NCBI GenBank assembly: GCA_041389045.1
Contig: JAWKSQ010000001.1
Location: forward strand, 267,063 to 331,062
Reading direction: 5' to 3'
DNA from: Minisyncoccota bacterium
Lineage (GTDB): Bacteria > Patescibacteriota > Minisyncoccia > Phycocordibacterales > UBA918
DNA: 64,000 nt
Shown here: positions 46,163 to 56,612 of the stretch, one piece after another
Layout: each line of letters opens with the position of its first letter
How positions within the stretch are numbered: the stretch's first letter is position 1
The notes under the pieces: model-generated
What the model was told of the DNA's origin: nothing
Seen by the model: only the letters and a program-made list of their open reading frames with translations
Databases searched by the model: none
Made by a program: the position numbers and the translations under genes

Positions 46163-48700
46163 ATGTCATTTTTAGATAAATTTTTTGGTCCTACCTACGA
46201 TAAGGAATTAAAAGCCGCCGAACCTTTGGTGGCGAAGATTAATGCTAAGGAAGAGGTTTTTGCTACTTTAAATAATGAAGAGCTAATAGCTAAGTTTGCT
46301 GAGCTGAAAGAACGGGTGTCAAAAGGAGCGGACCTCGATGAGGTTTTAGTTGACGCTTTTGCTCTCACGAGAGAAGCGGCTAAACGGACACTTGGACTGC
46401 GTCACTACGATGTGCAACTTATTGGTGGCATCATTTTACACCGAGGGAAGATTACCGAAATGCGTACTGGTGAAGGTAAGACTTTAGTTGGTACCTTACC
46501 AGCTAGTCTGAATGCTTTGACTGGTAAAGGTGTCCATATCGTGACAGTTAATGACTACCTTTCACGTCGTGACGCGGTGTGGATGGGGCAAATTTATAAT
46601 GCGCTAGGACTATCGGTTGGAGTAATTAATCATGACACTTCATATCTATATGACCCAAATCACGCTGAAAAGGATGCCTTACGCGACGAAGTAGGTTCAT
46701 ACAAGGTGGTTTATGATTTTTTGCGTCCTTGTACGAGACAAGAAGCTTATGCGGCGGATGTTACTTATGGTACCAACAGTGAATTCGGTTTTGACTATTT
46801 GCGGGACAATATTGAATATGAGGCGACTCATCTAAGACAGCATTCCCATGCTTACGCCATCGTTGATGAAATTGACTCTATCTTGATCGATGAAGCGAGA
46901 ACCCCGCTCATCATTTCAGCTCCGGCCCATGATTCAGAAAACCTCTATGGTCTATTTACTAGTATTGCCAATAATCTTAAACCCGAAGAACACTACACTG
47001 TCGATGAAAAAATGAAGAGTATCGCACTTACCGATGCGGGTATTGAGGTGGCCGAGAAGATGCTTAACGTTGATAATATTTACACTGAAAAGGGTATTAA
47101 GTATGTTCACCACCTAGAAACAGCTGTCAGGGCCAAAGCATTATTTAATCGAGATAAAGAGTACGTGGTCCGCGATAACGAAGTGGTGATAGTAGATGAA
47201 TTTACCGGTCGCTTGCAACCAGGACGCCGTTGGTCAGAAGGTTTACATCAAGCGGTGGAGTCTAAGGAAGGGGTTCCGATTCAAAAGGAATCCAAGACCT
47301 TTGCTTCCATCACTTATCAGAATTATTTCCGCATGTACGGTAAGTTGTCTGGTATGACTGGTACCGCCCTCACTAGTCAGGAAGAGTTCTTTACAGTCTA
47401 CAACTTGGAAGTTATTCCGATTCCGACGAACAGAAAGATTGCTCGTATAGATCACACTGACTTAATTTACCAAAACGAAAAGGGTAAATTTGCAGCCATT
47501 ATAAATAAGGTCAAAGAAGTACATGCGAAGGGTCAACCAATCTTGATTGGTACTGCCTCAATTGAATCAAACGAACGCTTGTCTATTGCTCTAGATAAGG
47601 CTGGGGTCACTCACACTATGCTCAATGCGAAGAACCATGAACGTGAAGGTGAGATTATTGCTGCGGCGGGTAAGATTGGTGCAGTAACTCTCGCTACTAA
47701 CATGGCTGGTCGAGGTGTAGATATCAAGCTAGGAGGGCCAGAAGCCACTCCAGAGGAGGTTGAGGCAGTTAAAGCGCTTGGTGGGCTGTTCGTGCTGGGT
47801 ACTGAGCGTCATGAGGCTAGGCGCATCGATAATCAGCTGAGAGGACGGGCTGGTAGACAGGGGGATCCGGGTGAAACCCAGTTCTTCGTTTCTATGGACG
47901 ATTCTTTGATGCGAGTCTTTGGTGGTGATCGGGTTAAAAGTTTGATGGGTACCTTCCGCATCCCTGAAGATCAGCCAATCGAAATGAAGATGCTCTCGAA
48001 TACCCTTGAAGGGGCACAGACTCGGATTGAAGGATTCCACTTTGATGCTCGGAAGCAGATTTTGGCTTATGACGACATCCTCAATATGCAGAGAAAGGTT
48101 GTTTATGCTAGACGACACAAATTACTTATAAATGATGAAACAGAACTCGATGCGTTAATGAGTGAAGTAAAAGATCTAACAGATGAAGCGGGTGCAGTGT
48201 TTTTGGCTAAACAAGCTGAGCTTGGGGAGGAGGTATTTCGAAATCTCTTCAGACGGCTGGCCTTACAGATGATTGATACGCTGTGGGTCGAGCACTTAGA
48301 GGTAATGAGTTACACTCGTAACAGCGTCAACTTACGAGCGTACGGTCAGCGTGATCCTTTGATCGAGTATCGAAAAGAAGGTACTAGGCTCTTCAAGGAG
48401 ATGCAACAGGCGACACTCTTCCGTATTGTCGAGATATTACCTAAGTTACAACCAGTCTTAGTTGAACGTGAAGAGGCGGTAATGAAGAAAGAGTCTGAAG
48501 CAGCTCAAGCAGCCGCTGGAGACAATCGGTCATCAGCGGAGAAAGTTCAGTCTCCAGTGCGCAGTACTGAGGTACCTGGTCGCAATGATTTAGTCACCAT
48601 TACTAATGGGACTGAAACAGTGACGGTGAAGTACAAGAAAGCCGAACCACTACTATCGACCGGAAAATATAAAGTAGTAGCTAATAACACAAAGTCATAA
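46163..48700 (+). CDS. secA: preprotein translocase ATPase SecA
   Basis: 845 aa intact; MRTGEGKTLV, DEIDSILIDEARTPLIIS, ATNMAGRGVDIKLGG; TATACT 7 nt before ATG. Confidence 0.95.
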   Translation: MSFLDKFFGPTYDKELKAAEPLVAKINAKEEVFATLNNEELIAKFAELKERVSKGADLDEVLVDAFALTREAAKRTLGLRHYDVQLIGGIILHRGKITEMRTGEGKTLVGTLPASLNALTGKGVHIVTVNDYLSRRDAVWMGQIYNALGLSVGVINHDTSYLYDPNHAEKDALRDEVGSYKVVYDFLRPCTRQEAYAADVTYGTNSEFGFDYLRDNIEYEATHLRQHSHAYAIVDEIDSILIDEARTPLIISAPAHDSENLYGLFTSIANNLKPEEHYTVDEKMKSIALTDAGIEVAEKMLNVDNIYTEKGIKYVHHLETAVRAKALFNRDKEYVVRDNEVVIVDEFTGRLQPGRRWSEGLHQAVESKEGVPIQKESKTFASITYQNYFRMYGKLSGMTGTALTSQEEFFTVYNLEVIPIPTNRKIARIDHTDLIYQNEKGKFAAIINKVKEVHAKGQPILIGTASIESNERLSIALDKAGVTHTMLNAKNHEREGEIIAAAGKIGAVTLATNMAGRGVDIKLGGPEATPEEVEAVKALGGLFVLGTERHEARRIDNQLRGRAGRQGDPGETQFFVSMDDSLMRVFGGDRVKSLMGTFRIPEDQPIEMKMLSNTLEGAQTRIEGFHFDARKQILAYDDILNMQRKVVYARRHKLLINDETELDALMSEVKDLTDEAGAVFLAKQAELGEEVFRNLFRRLALQMIDTLWVEHLEVMSYTRNSVNLRAYGQRDPLIEYRKEGTRLFKEMQQATLFRIVEILPKLQPVLVEREEAVMKKESEAAQAAAGDNRSSAEKVQSPVRSTEVPGRNDLVTITNGTETVTVKYKKAEPLLSTGKYKVVANNTKS

Positions 48701-48702
48701 GT

Positions 48703-49036
48703 ATGAAATTAATTACTAAATTAGCATTGACCACCCTGACCTTGCTGGTGGTAGCCAGATATCTTCCTGGTATAAGCATTGACGGTTGGTACCCAGCTTT
48801 AATTGCGGCAGTTATTCTCGGCCTCCTTAACCTTGTTTGTTAGGCCGATTCTCATCTTGCTTACTTTACCAATTACTATCTTAACGATCGGATTGTTCGT
48901 CATAATTATTAACGCTATGTTGTTTGCCTTTGCCGCCTCGTTTATAGAAGGCTTTACAGTAACTAGTTTTGGCTACGCTGTTTTAGGTTCTCTGATAGTT
49001 AGTATGGTCAGTACTGTAGCTAATCGTTACCTATAA
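48703..49036 (+). pseudogene. DUF360 / phage-holin-4-family small membrane protein, one frameshift near 48838
   Basis: MKLITKLALTTLTLLVVARYLPGISIDGWYPALIAAVILGLLNL then VRPILILLTLPITILTIGLFVIIINA... in ORF 48803..49036. Confidence 0.6.
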
Positions 49037-49096
49037 AATAGATAGTAAAATATAGTTATAACGGAGTATTGTTATTCTTTTAACAGATAAGTAAAT

Positions 49097-49128
49097 AAAA
49101 AACCTGCCGACTATCGGCAGGTTTTTTA
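49097..49128. terminator. bidirectional-type terminator
   Basis: AAAAAACCTGCCGA-CTA-TCGGCAGGTTTTTT. Confidence 0.7.
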
Positions 49129-49313
49129 TTTAACTAATAACTACTTTGATAAGTAATCCGTAAATAGGAATAAGCAATTAGTTCTTAGAATGTTTCTTCA
49201 CTCAAATTTAGATTAAAGCTTGGTAAGCACATGAATGATGAGTAGCTGAGAAGGTCCCGGGAATAGTGCTGATCTCCTGTACAAGGGTCATCATCCGTGA
49301 TATCAATGTAGCC

Positions 49314-50270
49314 ATGTTTGTCGATAGTCTAACCTTACATATGAAAGCCGGCGACGGGGGTGACGGAGTCACGCGTTGGAGACATGAAAAGTTTCGACCA
49401 ATGGCTGGTCCTGCTGGCGGTAATGGGGGTCGCGGTGGCGACGTTTTTTTGCGTGCTGTCCGGGACGTTAACTTACTGGCTAAGTACACTGGCGACAAAA
49501 ACTTCGAAGCACAGTCAGGTGAAGACGGTCAAGATAAGAGTAAGTTTGGTAAGAACGGTGATGATCTCTACGTAGACGTACCGGTGGGCTCAATTGTCAC
49601 TGACCTGACCCGTGAACGAGTTTACGAGTTACTAGAGGAGGGGTTAGAAATAAAAATTCTTAAGGTGGAAGTGGCGGTGTCGGCAACGAACAGTTCAAGA
49701 CAGCAACCAATCGCTCCCCAGAGGAATCGACAGAAGGACGGGATGGTGAGGAAGGAGACTTTTTAGTCGAGTTGTCACTCGTAGTAGATATCGGTTTAGT
49801 GGGAATGCCGAACGCCGGCAAGTCTACATTACTGAATTCTTTAACCAACGCTCAAGCAAAAGTCGGAGCTTACCCGTTTACCACTGTTGAACCGAACTTA
49901 GGTGACCTCTATGGGTACACTATTGCTGATGTGCCAGGGTTAATCAGTGGAGCGGCTTCCAGGTAAAGGGCTCGGACATACGTTTCTCCGACACATTTCT
50001 CGTACAAAAATGATCCTCCACTTAGTCTCGCTTGAGACAGAGGAGTCGATTAATCAGTATTATACCATTCGAGAGGAGCTGTCCCAGTATGCAAAAGAAT
50101 TAGAGGATAAGGAAGAATGGATTATTTTTACAAAAATGGACCTTACAAATCAAGACTATATTGATAGGGTGGTTAGTGATGTTGACAAACTTGAGAAACG
50201 TGTGTTTGTTATCTCTACTGAAACGGGTGATGGAGTAAAAGAATTGCGGATGCGCTTGTTAAGCACCTAA
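49314..50270 (+). pseudogene. obg: GTPase Obg, at least two frameshifts (about 49662 and 49948)
   Basis: MFVDSLTLHMKAGDGGDGV...GGNGGRGGDV; [14 protein letters not shown] restored by one G; [15 protein letters not shown]; [15 protein letters not shown]. Confidence 0.85.
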
Positions 50271-50372
50271 GAGAATCGTAGAATAGACAGACTAACTTGT
50301 AGGTTTTCTACAATTTTCAAATTTAGTTTCGACCATTTTGTTAGTTTGATTAGTTTTTAAGTATTTAAATTT

Positions 50373-51812
50373 ATGAGTAGTAAGTACAAAACCACTATTG
50401 GCCTCGAAGTTCATGCCGAATTAGCAACCAACAGTAAAATGTTTTGTGGCTGTAGGAACGATCCTCATCACGGTGAACCTAACTCATATATATGTCCAGT
50501 CTGTTTAGCTCATCCGGGTACACTCCCGGTACCTAATGAAGAAGCGATAGCGATGGTGCTGTTGTTTGGTAATGCAGTGGGGGCTCGGGTAGCTTCATTT
50601 TCTGAGTTTGACCGAAAGAATTATTTTTACCCAGACATCCCAAAGGCCTACCAGATAAGTCAATACCAATTTCCGTTTTTGTCAGGTGGTAGTGTCAAAG
50701 GTGTAGAACTCACTAGAGTACACTTAGAAGAAGATACTGCTCGCAGTCAGCATGATCATGACGGAGTTAGTTTGGTAGACTTCAACCGAGCCGGGGTACC
50801 ACTCATGGAGTTGGTTACCGAACCTGTAATTCACGACGCTAAGACAGCGGGAGATTTTGCTCGGGAATTACAGTTAATTCTCCAGACCTTAAAAATTTCA
50901 AATGCTCAAATGGAGAGAGGGGAGATGCGGGTGGAAGCCAATATCTCTGTTAGTACTACTGATGAGCTCGGCACTAAAGTTGAAGTTAAGAATCTCAACT
51001 CCTTTAAGTCAGTAGAAGGGGCCATTGCCTATGAAGTAGATAGACAGATATCACTACTTGAAAAGGGTGATTCTGTAGCCCAGGAGACTCGAGGTTGGGA
51101 CGAAGTTAAGCTACGAACTTTTTCACAGCGCTCAAAAGAGACGGCAAAAGACTATCGTTACTTTCCCGACCCGGATTTACCGAAGATGAAAATCGACACG
51201 TATCCCTATTTTAGTAATGCTCGTTTAAACGAGATAATGCCAGAATTACCAAGTAATAAAAGGATAAAATATGAAAATCTCGGTATACCGAGCAATCAGA
51301 TAGAGTTGATAATTTGTACACCAAGTATCGGTAACTTCTTTGAAGAGTTAGTTGGTTTGCTTTCTAAAAGTAGTAGTGTAGGAAGTAGTGTAGGCGATTC
51401 CAAAGTACTTAATCTGGCAGCAAATTATCTGACTTCTGATGTTTTATCATTAGTTCAGTCTGGCAAAACGCTCGATCTTTCGCCACAGCACTTTTTAGAT
51501 CTGGTCACAATGACTAGTAAAGGGGAGATTAATTCCAGAATTACTAAAGACATTCTAGCTGAAATTATTGATAAGGATATCGATCCAGTTGCGCTCGCTA
51601 AAGATAGAAACTTATTACAGTCTTCAGACCCGGAAGCTTTGCAGTCTGTCGTTAGTGAAGTGTTGTCTGAAAACCCAAGTGTGGTAGCTGACTATCACGC
51701 TGGAAAAGCGCCAGCTATACAGTACTTAGTTGGTCAGGGTATGAAGAAGACCAGAGGTTCTGCAAACCCAGCAGTATTCGCCGAGCTCTTGGTTAAAGCA
51801 CTGAGTAAGTAA
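50373..51812 (+). CDS. gatB: Asp-tRNA(Asn)/Glu-tRNA(Gln) amidotransferase subunit B
   Basis: 479 aa; TIGLEVHAELATNSKMFCGC, RVHLEEDTA, NRAGVPLMELVTEP. Confidence 0.9.
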   Translation: MSSKYKTTIGLEVHAELATNSKMFCGCRNDPHHGEPNSYICPVCLAHPGTLPVPNEEAIAMVLLFGNAVGARVASFSEFDRKNYFYPDIPKAYQISQYQFPFLSGGSVKGVELTRVHLEEDTARSQHDHDGVSLVDFNRAGVPLMELVTEPVIHDAKTAGDFARELQLILQTLKISNAQMERGEMRVEANISVSTTDELGTKVEVKNLNSFKSVEGAIAYEVDRQISLLEKGDSVAQETRGWDEVKLRTFSQRSKETAKDYRYFPDPDLPKMKIDTYPYFSNARLNEIMPELPSNKRIKYENLGIPSNQIELIICTPSIGNFFEELVGLLSKSSSVGSSVGDSKVLNLAANYLTSDVLSLVQSGKTLDLSPQHFLDLVTMTSKGEINSRITKDILAEIIDKDIDPVALAKDRNLLQSSDPEALQSVVSEVLSENPSVVADYHAGKAPAIQYLVGQGMKKTRGSANPAVFAELLVKALSK

Positions 51813-51892
51813 CATAGTATCTATAGGTTATAAACAGCTAAGGTAAGTTATCTCGTTTACACGAAGTTTGTTTGCTATACTTTGCTTAGTAT

Positions 51893-52894
51893 ATGGAAGT
51901 AGTTACTATTGATGGAGTGGAGTATCTTAAAGCTACGCAAGCAGCTAAGCGTTTTAAATATACCAGTGATTACATTGGGCAATTGTGCCGAGGGAAAAAG
52001 ATAGACGCTAAGCTAGTTGGACGTACCTGGTATATCAACCCGCTTTCTTTAGAGACACATAAAAAAGGACTCTACACGAAAAATGTGGAGGTGCCTGCAA
52101 GCGAGATAAGTATAGAAAATAAGGGCGGTAAAGAAATATCTCGGATAGACATAGAACCAGTTATTAGAAAGGAGACGGCAAAAATTGCATCTGGCATTTT
52201 ACCTAAGTCTAATTTTTCTAAAAGAATTGATTGGAAGCCAGTAAAGTATGAGCCTGATACATCCGAGTTGTTGCCAAATTTAAAAGCTATTAAAAATACA
52301 GATGAAATATCAAGAATAAAGGTTGATATTGCTGATTCAGAGAAAATTACCGTACGAAATAGCCCTGGTCCTACAAAAATGGTAGCAGATCCACTACCAA
52401 CAATTTCATTGGCTGGGTCACTTAAAATTCAGTCGATTGATGATGATTTTAAGGGGGTAGATTTTGATAATAGGTTGGAAAATATAGTTAAGTCGGAAGA
52501 GAAAGTTGATAAGGAAATAGACTTAAAAGTTAGATTCAAGAAGAGTGATGAGGTTGAAGAAGTACAAATTCATCGACCCACGACTATTAAAAGCAATCAA
52601 AAGACTTCAACTAAAGAAATTACCGAAAGTGAGGCGACTTATCGAGTTGATATAAGCCACTCAGCTTTTCCGGCCTCATTTACGCCTAAAGTCGTTAATC
52701 CTCGAAATACGATAGTGGAGAAAAATTTTGACAGAGCAGATATAAAAAATAGCCCCACGAGCTTTTTACCGTACTTGTTGGTCGCTGTTTGCGGCCTGGT
52801 CTGTTTACTGACTGTTTCGTTTATTGAGATAGTAGTTTTAGCTGATTCTGAGAGGCAAGATTTTTCTTTCAATATTTCTAAAATTGAGCTTTGA
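51893..52894 (+). CDS. membrane-tethered protein with N-terminal excisionase/MerR-like HTH
   Basis: IDGVEYLKATQAAKRFKYTSDYIGQLCRGKKIDAKLVGRTWYINPLSL; C-terminal TM (LPYLLVAVCGLVCLLTVSFIEIVVL); TGCTATACT 11 nt before ATG. Confidence 0.55.
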   Translation: MEVVTIDGVEYLKATQAAKRFKYTSDYIGQLCRGKKIDAKLVGRTWYINPLSLETHKKGLYTKNVEVPASEISIENKGGKEISRIDIEPVIRKETAKIASGILPKSNFSKRIDWKPVKYEPDTSELLPNLKAIKNTDEISRIKVDIADSEKITVRNSPGPTKMVADPLPTISLAGSLKIQSIDDDFKGVDFDNRLENIVKSEEKVDKEIDLKVRFKKSDEVEEVQIHRPTTIKSNQKTSTKEITESEATYRVDISHSAFPASFTPKVVNPRNTIVEKNFDRADIKNSPTSFLPYLLVAVCGLVCLLTVSFIEIVVLADSERQDFSFNISKIEL

Positions 52895-52979
52895 TTTTTT
52901 TACTAAAAATACTTAAAAGTTATTAACATTTTATAACAGCTTTTTGTCCGATTTACTTTTATAATTAAAGGTAAATCGT

Positions 52980-53783
52980 ATGTCGACAAGTATTGAAATA
53001 GACGGAGTAAATTTAATTCCAGTGAAGGAGGCTACTTCACTAGTTTCGTACTCTAAGGACTACATCTCTAGGTTGGCACGTGAAGGAAAAATTGTTGCTT
53101 CCCAGGTCGGTCGTCAATGGTTCGTTGATGCTGTGTCATTGAAGAATTTTGCTGATTCTGCCAGTCTGCAAGAAGAGGCACGAAAGGGAGAACTCAGAGC
53201 CGAGCGCAAGCGAGAGCTGCAAGCTCAAGAAAAGTTTCATAATCTTGAAAATTTTTCGAGTAGCATTTCTCGTAGACACAGAGTGGAGGCTCTTGGAGTT
53301 TCGGTGGCAACGCTTTGTCTTGGTTTAGTGGTGGGTGTCAGTGTCTATACCTCCTCGCTCTTTGCGTTACCTACATCTTCTGCACCTGACTCAGTAGCCT
53401 TCGTCTCCTCTCCACTTAAGTTGGAAAAGTTAGCTGATCCGGCAGTCAATGATTCTGTACCTGTAGTAGTGTCTGAGCCATCTGACATAGCTATCTTTTC
53501 TAGTGTCGAGAAGTATCCGGTATTTGAGACTGTTAGTGAAACTAGGATTTTAGAGGGTGATGTGCCAGGAATTTTACTGTTTGCTCAAGCCGGCGAGTTG
53601 CATGATCCTGCTTCAGTTGAGGCACTTTTTTCTGATGCAGTTAAGGTGAATTTTACTAGTGACAATACTGGCACAGTTTCTTTTGAGAAAGAAAAGGGCA
53701 ACACCACGGAAGTTCCATTTGTGACAGTACCGTCACAAGTTGAGCATGATGGTTTGTCCGAAGTAAGTACTGCGGCGCTATAA
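52980..53783 (+). CDS. paralogous membrane-tethered HTH protein
   Basis: IDGVNLIPVKEATSLVSYSKDYISRLAREGKIVASQVGRQWFVDAVSL; central TM (LGVSVATLCLGLVVGVSVYT). Confidence 0.55.
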   Translation: MSTSIEIDGVNLIPVKEATSLVSYSKDYISRLAREGKIVASQVGRQWFVDAVSLKNFADSASLQEEARKGELRAERKRELQAQEKFHNLENFSSSISRRHRVEALGVSVATLCLGLVVGVSVYTSSLFALPTSSAPDSVAFVSSPLKLEKLADPAVNDSVPVVVSEPSDIAIFSSVEKYPVFETVSETRILEGDVPGILLFAQAGELHDPASVEALFSDAVKVNFTSDNTGTVSFEKEKGNTTEVPFVTVPSQVEHDGLSEVSTAAL

Positions 53784-53789
53784 ATCGAT

Positions 53790-55640
53790 ATGAATTCTTT
53801 ACTAGCACAAAAGAAAATCAGCACTCTTCTCACCGGAGCTTTTGGGTTATTAATTGTTCTCGCTTTAAATACCAACTTGGCTTTGGCTCAGGCTAATCCG
53901 CAAATTAATTACCAAGGCAAGCTCACTAACGGCAGTGGAGTCGCTGTACCAGACGGTACATACAACATGCGTTTCTGGATTTTGACTTCACCAAGTATCG
54001 CCACCAGCTCAGCGCTCTGGACTGAGTCTCTTACTGCTTCCGACACCAAAGTTCAAGTGACGAATGGTCTCTTCTCAGTGATGCTTGGTTCTAGTACACC
54101 ACTAACTTCCGTCGACTGGAATCAAACTCTCTACCTCGGCGTGGAGATCGGTGGTACTTCTACACCAGCTTGGGATGGGGAAATGAGTCCACGAAAGATT
54201 CTCGGGACTGTTCCGGCCGCTTTTGTGGCTAATTACGCAAACGTTGCTGGTAGTGCTAGCACCTCAGACAGTGCTACAACCGCTGTGAGTGCCAGTAGCT
54301 CAGATACGCTTGCTGGTATTGCTTCATCCTCTTTCCTTCGTTCTGACGAGGCCGATACTATGGAAGCTACCTCAACTTCACCGCTACTGTCACTGATCCA
54401 AAACGGTACCGGGAAGTTACTGAGTCTCTTCCGGGGACTCACAGAGGTCTTCACTGTTGGAAACAACGGCCATGTTGGAGTGGGTACTAGTACCCCGGGT
54501 TCATTGTTCTCAGTGCAAGGGACAGCTGGCTCAAGCACACCACTCTTCACGGTTGCTTCGAGTACTGGCACAGCATTAATGGGCATACTCAGTAATGGTA
54601 ATGTCGGTATTGGTACTAACTCAGCTGGAGAAAAACTGGAAGTAGTTGGTAACATCATTTCCAAGGGAACTGAGTGGACACTTAGGACTAGTACGACAAC
54701 AAACTCTTGGCACTCTGTCACCTACGGTAACGGTCTTTTTGTAGCGGTTGCTTTTACTGGCGGTGTCATGACTTCACCAGATGGAATAAATTGGACGCCA
54801 AGAACTGCGGCAGCTGCAAATCAATGGACTTCCATCACCTACGGCAATGGTATCTTCGTGGCGGTTTCAAATAATGGTACAGACCGCGTCATGACTTCAC
54901 CAGATGGAATAAATTGGACTAGTAGGAAAAGTATCACCTCTAATCGATTATGGTCGGCGGTCACTTACGGTAACGGTCTTTTTGTAGCGGTTGAGACTGG
55001 CGCTGCCGGTTCTGATCAAGTTATGACATCTCCAGATGGTATTACATGGACTAACAGATCAGCTACAGGTGCAGCATGGTCATCTATTGCTTATGGTAAT
55101 GGACTCTTTGTAGCTGTATCTTCCGATGGTAGTGGCACAATGACATCTGTCGACGGTATAGTTTGGAATTATCCTTCCTCTCCTACTTCAAATGCCTGGT
55201 CTGCTATTACCTACGGTAACGGTCTCTTTGTGACTGTTGCCTCAACCGGTTCTGGTGATCGAGTCATGATTTCACCAGATGGTGTAACTTGGGCAACAAG
55301 CACTAGCGTTGCAGATAACTCTTGGCACTCTGTCACCTACGGCAACGGCCTGTTTGTGGCAGTTTCCAATGATGGTTCTGGTAATCGTGTCATGACTTCA
55401 CCGGATGGAATTACTTGGAAGACTAGATCAACGAGTGGTATTGATAAAAGTTATCTTGGAGTAACGTATGGCAGTGGCATCTTTGTAGCTGTAGCTTCTA
55501 CTGGTTCTGGTCAAGACGTCATGACTTCCGGCAAGGTAGACTACTCAGTTCTTGCTCACAACAACATCTACCAAGGTGGCATGTCAGTCTTTGGTAATTT
55601 ACGGTCGGTTCATCTACCAATAGTAATCCTTTCTCGATAG
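53790..55640 (+). CDS. secreted fibre/adhesin: N-terminal fibre domain + 7-bladed beta-propeller (supermodule 1); the 3' end is set by a 1-nt indel
   Basis: Signal peptide; INYQGKLTNGSGVAVPDGTYNMRF; 7 repeats of W.S(V/I)TYGNGLFVAV...VMTSPDGI(N/T)WT; ORF stops 40 nt after a base missing relative to the copy at 60871-60880. Confidence 0.7.
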   Translation: MNSLLAQKKISTLLTGAFGLLIVLALNTNLALAQANPQINYQGKLTNGSGVAVPDGTYNMRFWILTSPSIATSSALWTESLTASDTKVQVTNGLFSVMLGSSTPLTSVDWNQTLYLGVEIGGTSTPAWDGEMSPRKILGTVPAAFVANYANVAGSASTSDSATTAVSASSSDTLAGIASSSFLRSDEADTMEATSTSPLLSLIQNGTGKLLSLFRGLTEVFTVGNNGHVGVGTSTPGSLFSVQGTAGSSTPLFTVASSTGTALMGILSNGNVGIGTNSAGEKLEVVGNIISKGTEWTLRTSTTTNSWHSVTYGNGLFVAVAFTGGVMTSPDGINWTPRTAAAANQWTSITYGNGIFVAVSNNGTDRVMTSPDGINWTSRKSITSNRLWSAVTYGNGLFVAVETGAAGSDQVMTSPDGITWTNRSATGAAWSSIAYGNGLFVAVSSDGSGTMTSVDGIVWNYPSSPTSNAWSAITYGNGLFVTVASTGSGDRVMISPDGVTWATSTSVADNSWHSVTYGNGLFVAVSNDGSGNRVMTSPDGITWKTRSTSGIDKSYLGVTYGSGIFVAVASTGSGQDVMTSGKVDYSVLAHNNIYQGGMSVFGNLRSVHLPIVILSR

Positions 55641-55648
55641 CATCAACG
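55530..55648 (+). repeat. junction repeat J, copy 1
   Basis: 119 nt versus 120 nt at 60801-60920: one substitution and one 1-nt indel; encodes GKVDYSVLAHNNIYQGGMSVFGNLRVGSSTNSNPFSIAS. Confidence 0.85.
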
Positions 55649-56612
55649 CTGGCATAACTACTTCTCCATTACATTGCTTCCATCTTCGGCGCATCATCTC
55701 CAAACCAAACCGCTACCACCAATCCGACTTTCCATTGCTTCTAGTACTGGTTCTTCACTTCCACAGCCTAACTGTAAATCAAGCTTGGTAAGCTCTTAGG
55801 AATTCAGGCAATCTACCAGGTACACAACTTTGTAATTCACTTTTTCTAACAGTTCAATGTTTTAGGAACTGGTTCGGCTACATCGTTACTGACAACTCAT
55901 TCAAGTACAGGTTTTCAATATTTAATGGCTTACCAAATGGATCTGCAGCTGGGATCTTAATACCACCGGTTCAAATAACTCTTTCATAGGAGTTCAGGCC
56001 GGCATCAACACTACTGGCTCTGACAACATATCGATTGGTAAAGACGCTTTATATTTAAATTTAAGTAACGCCAGCATTGCCACTCGCTTTCCACCTTATA
56101 TAAACTATCGGAGTAACAATGGTTCAATTGGGCTACACTAATACTTGGAATAGATTTGCTAACGCAGTTGCCGGATATGGTGCTAGTCCATCGTCGGTGG
56201 AACGCCCTCAATTGGTAACTCATAATGTGGTATAGGCACCACTACCCCAGTTCAACACTCACTATCCGTGGTACGGCTGGAAACAATCTACTTTATTGCT
56301 TCGAGTACGGGAATCACTATTTTGCAAAATGGTAACGTCGGAGGTTTTTAACCAGTGCTAACACTTTTGACTATGTTGCAAAATGGTAACGTCGGAGTGG
56401 GTAAATTCTTTATTCTCACTAGCCCTTCTACTGGACGGTTGGTTTTTATCTGGGTGAGTTGACGGAAACTCTGGAAATTTATGGGGTGGTCGAGAACTTA
56501 GTGACGGATCAGAGATGTCAATTAATTGGTGGACTCGTAATCTTTATGACAAATTAACCAGTGTTGAGTTGATAACGGTAATGTTGGTATCGGTCCACCA
56601 TCTGTTCTGTAG
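55641..56612 (+). pseudogene. heavily degraded beta-helix/linker part of supermodule 1
   Basis: Recognisably homologous to 57960-59000 and 60920-61760 (e.g. ATCCGTGGTACGGCTGGAAACAAT) but with many small gaps and stops in all frames. Confidence 0.6.

Noticed and set aside
7553-50270. Alternative genetic code (UGA or other stop reassignment) as the cause of the broken genes
   Set aside because: The breaks require frame changes, not read-through. Long intact genes (secA, gatB, murD) end at ordinary TAA/TAG/TGA stops and contain no in-frame stops.
7553-50270. Programmed ribosomal frameshifting
   Set aside because: There are too many sites, they have no shared slippery heptamer or downstream structure, and they occur in unrelated genes. 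Most are simple run-length deficits.
54233-54721. Long antisense ORFs inside large genes (e.g. 54233..54721, 47729..48118, 34263..34634, 29707..30015, 37070..37396, 63189..63545)
   Set aside because: Each is fully nested opposite a gene with clear family motifs. Their translations are low-complexity or Ser/Pro/Thr-biased mirror products.
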